Position numbers and translations under genes: made by a program. From contig CM060733.1 of NCBI GenBank assembly GCA_030704615.1, forward strand, positions 64,170,001 through 64,234,000: DNA of 64,000 bases, written 5' to 3'. Shown one piece after another: positions 63,000-64,000 of this stretch (the first letter of the stretch is position 1; every line of letters begins with the position of its first letter). The notes beneath the pieces were generated by a model, which was not told the origin of the DNA, made no database searches, and worked only from the letters and a program-made list of their open reading frames with translations. Origin of the DNA: Takakia lepidozioides (lineage: Eukaryota; Plantae; Bryophyta).

Positions 63000-64000
63000 A
63001 TGAGCTTAGAGACGGGTCAAAAAGTGTTTCTTACTCTTCCCGGGTCTTCATCTCCAATAGCAACTGGGGACTGCCTTAATGTCTCCGGGGTTGGGACCTG
63101 TCATAGACACCAATTATCTTCCTCAACCATTTCAGTGGTTCTCATCTCCTGTGTTGAAGCACACTCATTATGTCCTCTTCCTTATGGACATATGGATGCT
63201 GACACCTTGAAGGAGGCCATTGGGACCCCGGTGGTGTGGAATGTTGGCGAAGTTCATGCGGAGAATAACGAGTATCAAGGAGGGCTTCACATGAATCCTG
63301 ATTTTACGCCGGAGACAAGGTATACTGCCAAAAATTCTGACGTTGACGAGGATGAATCAAACCACAAACCATCGAAGAGTTCCGAGAATCCGAGCAGAGG
63401 ACTCGGAAAAAACAACTGGAGAAACTTGCAGTGGGTACTGTTGGGTGATGATGGGGGTGCACTGTTCGAGGGGAGGATTCAAGCCTGCATTCCGGACGAG
63501 GTGATCCTCAATGACAAACTGGGAGAGGATGATGTTGGAGTTCTTGTCACCAGAATACTTTCTGGAGGATCTGGATCTTTGATGTCTCTTGTAAAATGGC
63601 CTTTAATAAAAACACGACTTTTGAAAAGTGGGAGACTACTCTCAAATGATCTGGAAATTTTTATTATATCTTCTGACAGTATCTTGTACGAAGATCACAA
63701 GGCAGGTGTGAAGAAAACGGCGTATCGGCATTTTACGAGGAAGAAGAGGGATCGAGATTTGGAACATTCCAAAAAAAGAATGAAGAATCTTACTATGGAG
63801 GAAGTCCGGTCCGTGAGCAACAAACCTTGCTGCAGACTTCACTGCTGTCAATATTTCGATTGGCGAAAAACCTTGGCTATCCGTACTTCGTTTTGGGGAT
63901 CCACTTTCGATGAGAGAAGAGAACATGGACTAAATGTTTCAAAACGACTTCACATGCTAGAAGAGACCTCTCGCAGGGCATACGTTACGATTGAGGGTGT
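63000..64000 (+). CDS. N-terminus of a probable Sola-like (DUF7869-type) transposase; runs off the window
   Basis: Hand translation from the ATG at 63000 is stop-free to 64000. DUF8039-like start (CH.H.L...LPY...TLKEAIGTPVVW), then PCCRLHCCQYF......IRTSFW..TFDERR...VTIEG. Catalytic core not in the window. Confidence 0.55.
   Translation, partial: MSLETGQKVFLTLPGSSSPIATGDCLNVSGVGTCHRHQLSSSTISVVLISCVEAHSLCPLPYGHMDADTLKEAIGTPVVWNVGEVHAENNEYQGGLHMNPDFTPETRYTAKNSDVDEDESNHKPSKSSENPSRGLGKNNWRNLQWVLLGDDGGALFEGRIQACIPDEVILNDKLGEDDVGVLVTRILSGGSGSLMSLVKWPLIKTRLLKSGRLLSNDLEIFIISSDSILYEDHKAGVKKTAYRHFTRKKRDRDLEHSKKRMKNLTMEEVRSVSNKPCCRLHCCQYFDWRKTLAIRTSFWGSTFDERREHGLNVSKRLHMLEETSRRAYVTIEG

Overview
Eukaryotic, land-plant-like DNA. 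Spliceosomal GT-AG introns and PLS-type PPR, OSB/PDF and RWP-RK fragments are present; a non-seed plant is my guess and is unverified. The window is almost entirely nested, mostly decayed transposons, and I see no clearly intact host gene. Left to right: a foldback MITE; a Ptta-like pseudogene; a Ty3/gypsy element with an internal inversion inside a MULE-SWIM fragment; captured RWP-RK/PDF/PPR fragments; and a hAT element cut off at 28620. Next comes a ~14 kb Mutator-like (MULE/SWIM) element (~28.6-42.7 kb). It carries a ParB-like gene, a beta-class N6-adenine/N4-cytosine DNA-methyltransferase-like gene, an orphan paralog pair and ~35-40 copies of a 22-bp palindrome spaced at near-multiples of the helical repeat. 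The ParB and MTase parts probably form one ParB-MTase gene, here split by an inverted rearrangement; this is the most interesting system in the window. Further right, a 13.7 kb Pack-CACTA (45787-59475, CCA TSD) carries PPR/PDF fragments and a nested 9.7 kb CACTA (48190-57867, ACA TSD) with an FCP1/NIF-like domain and two LINE fragments. It sits in a cargo region (second ParB-like gene, NIF remnant, CTD-like repeats) next to a probable Sola-like ORF that runs off the right edge. All domain calls are by-eye motif recognition, not database searches.
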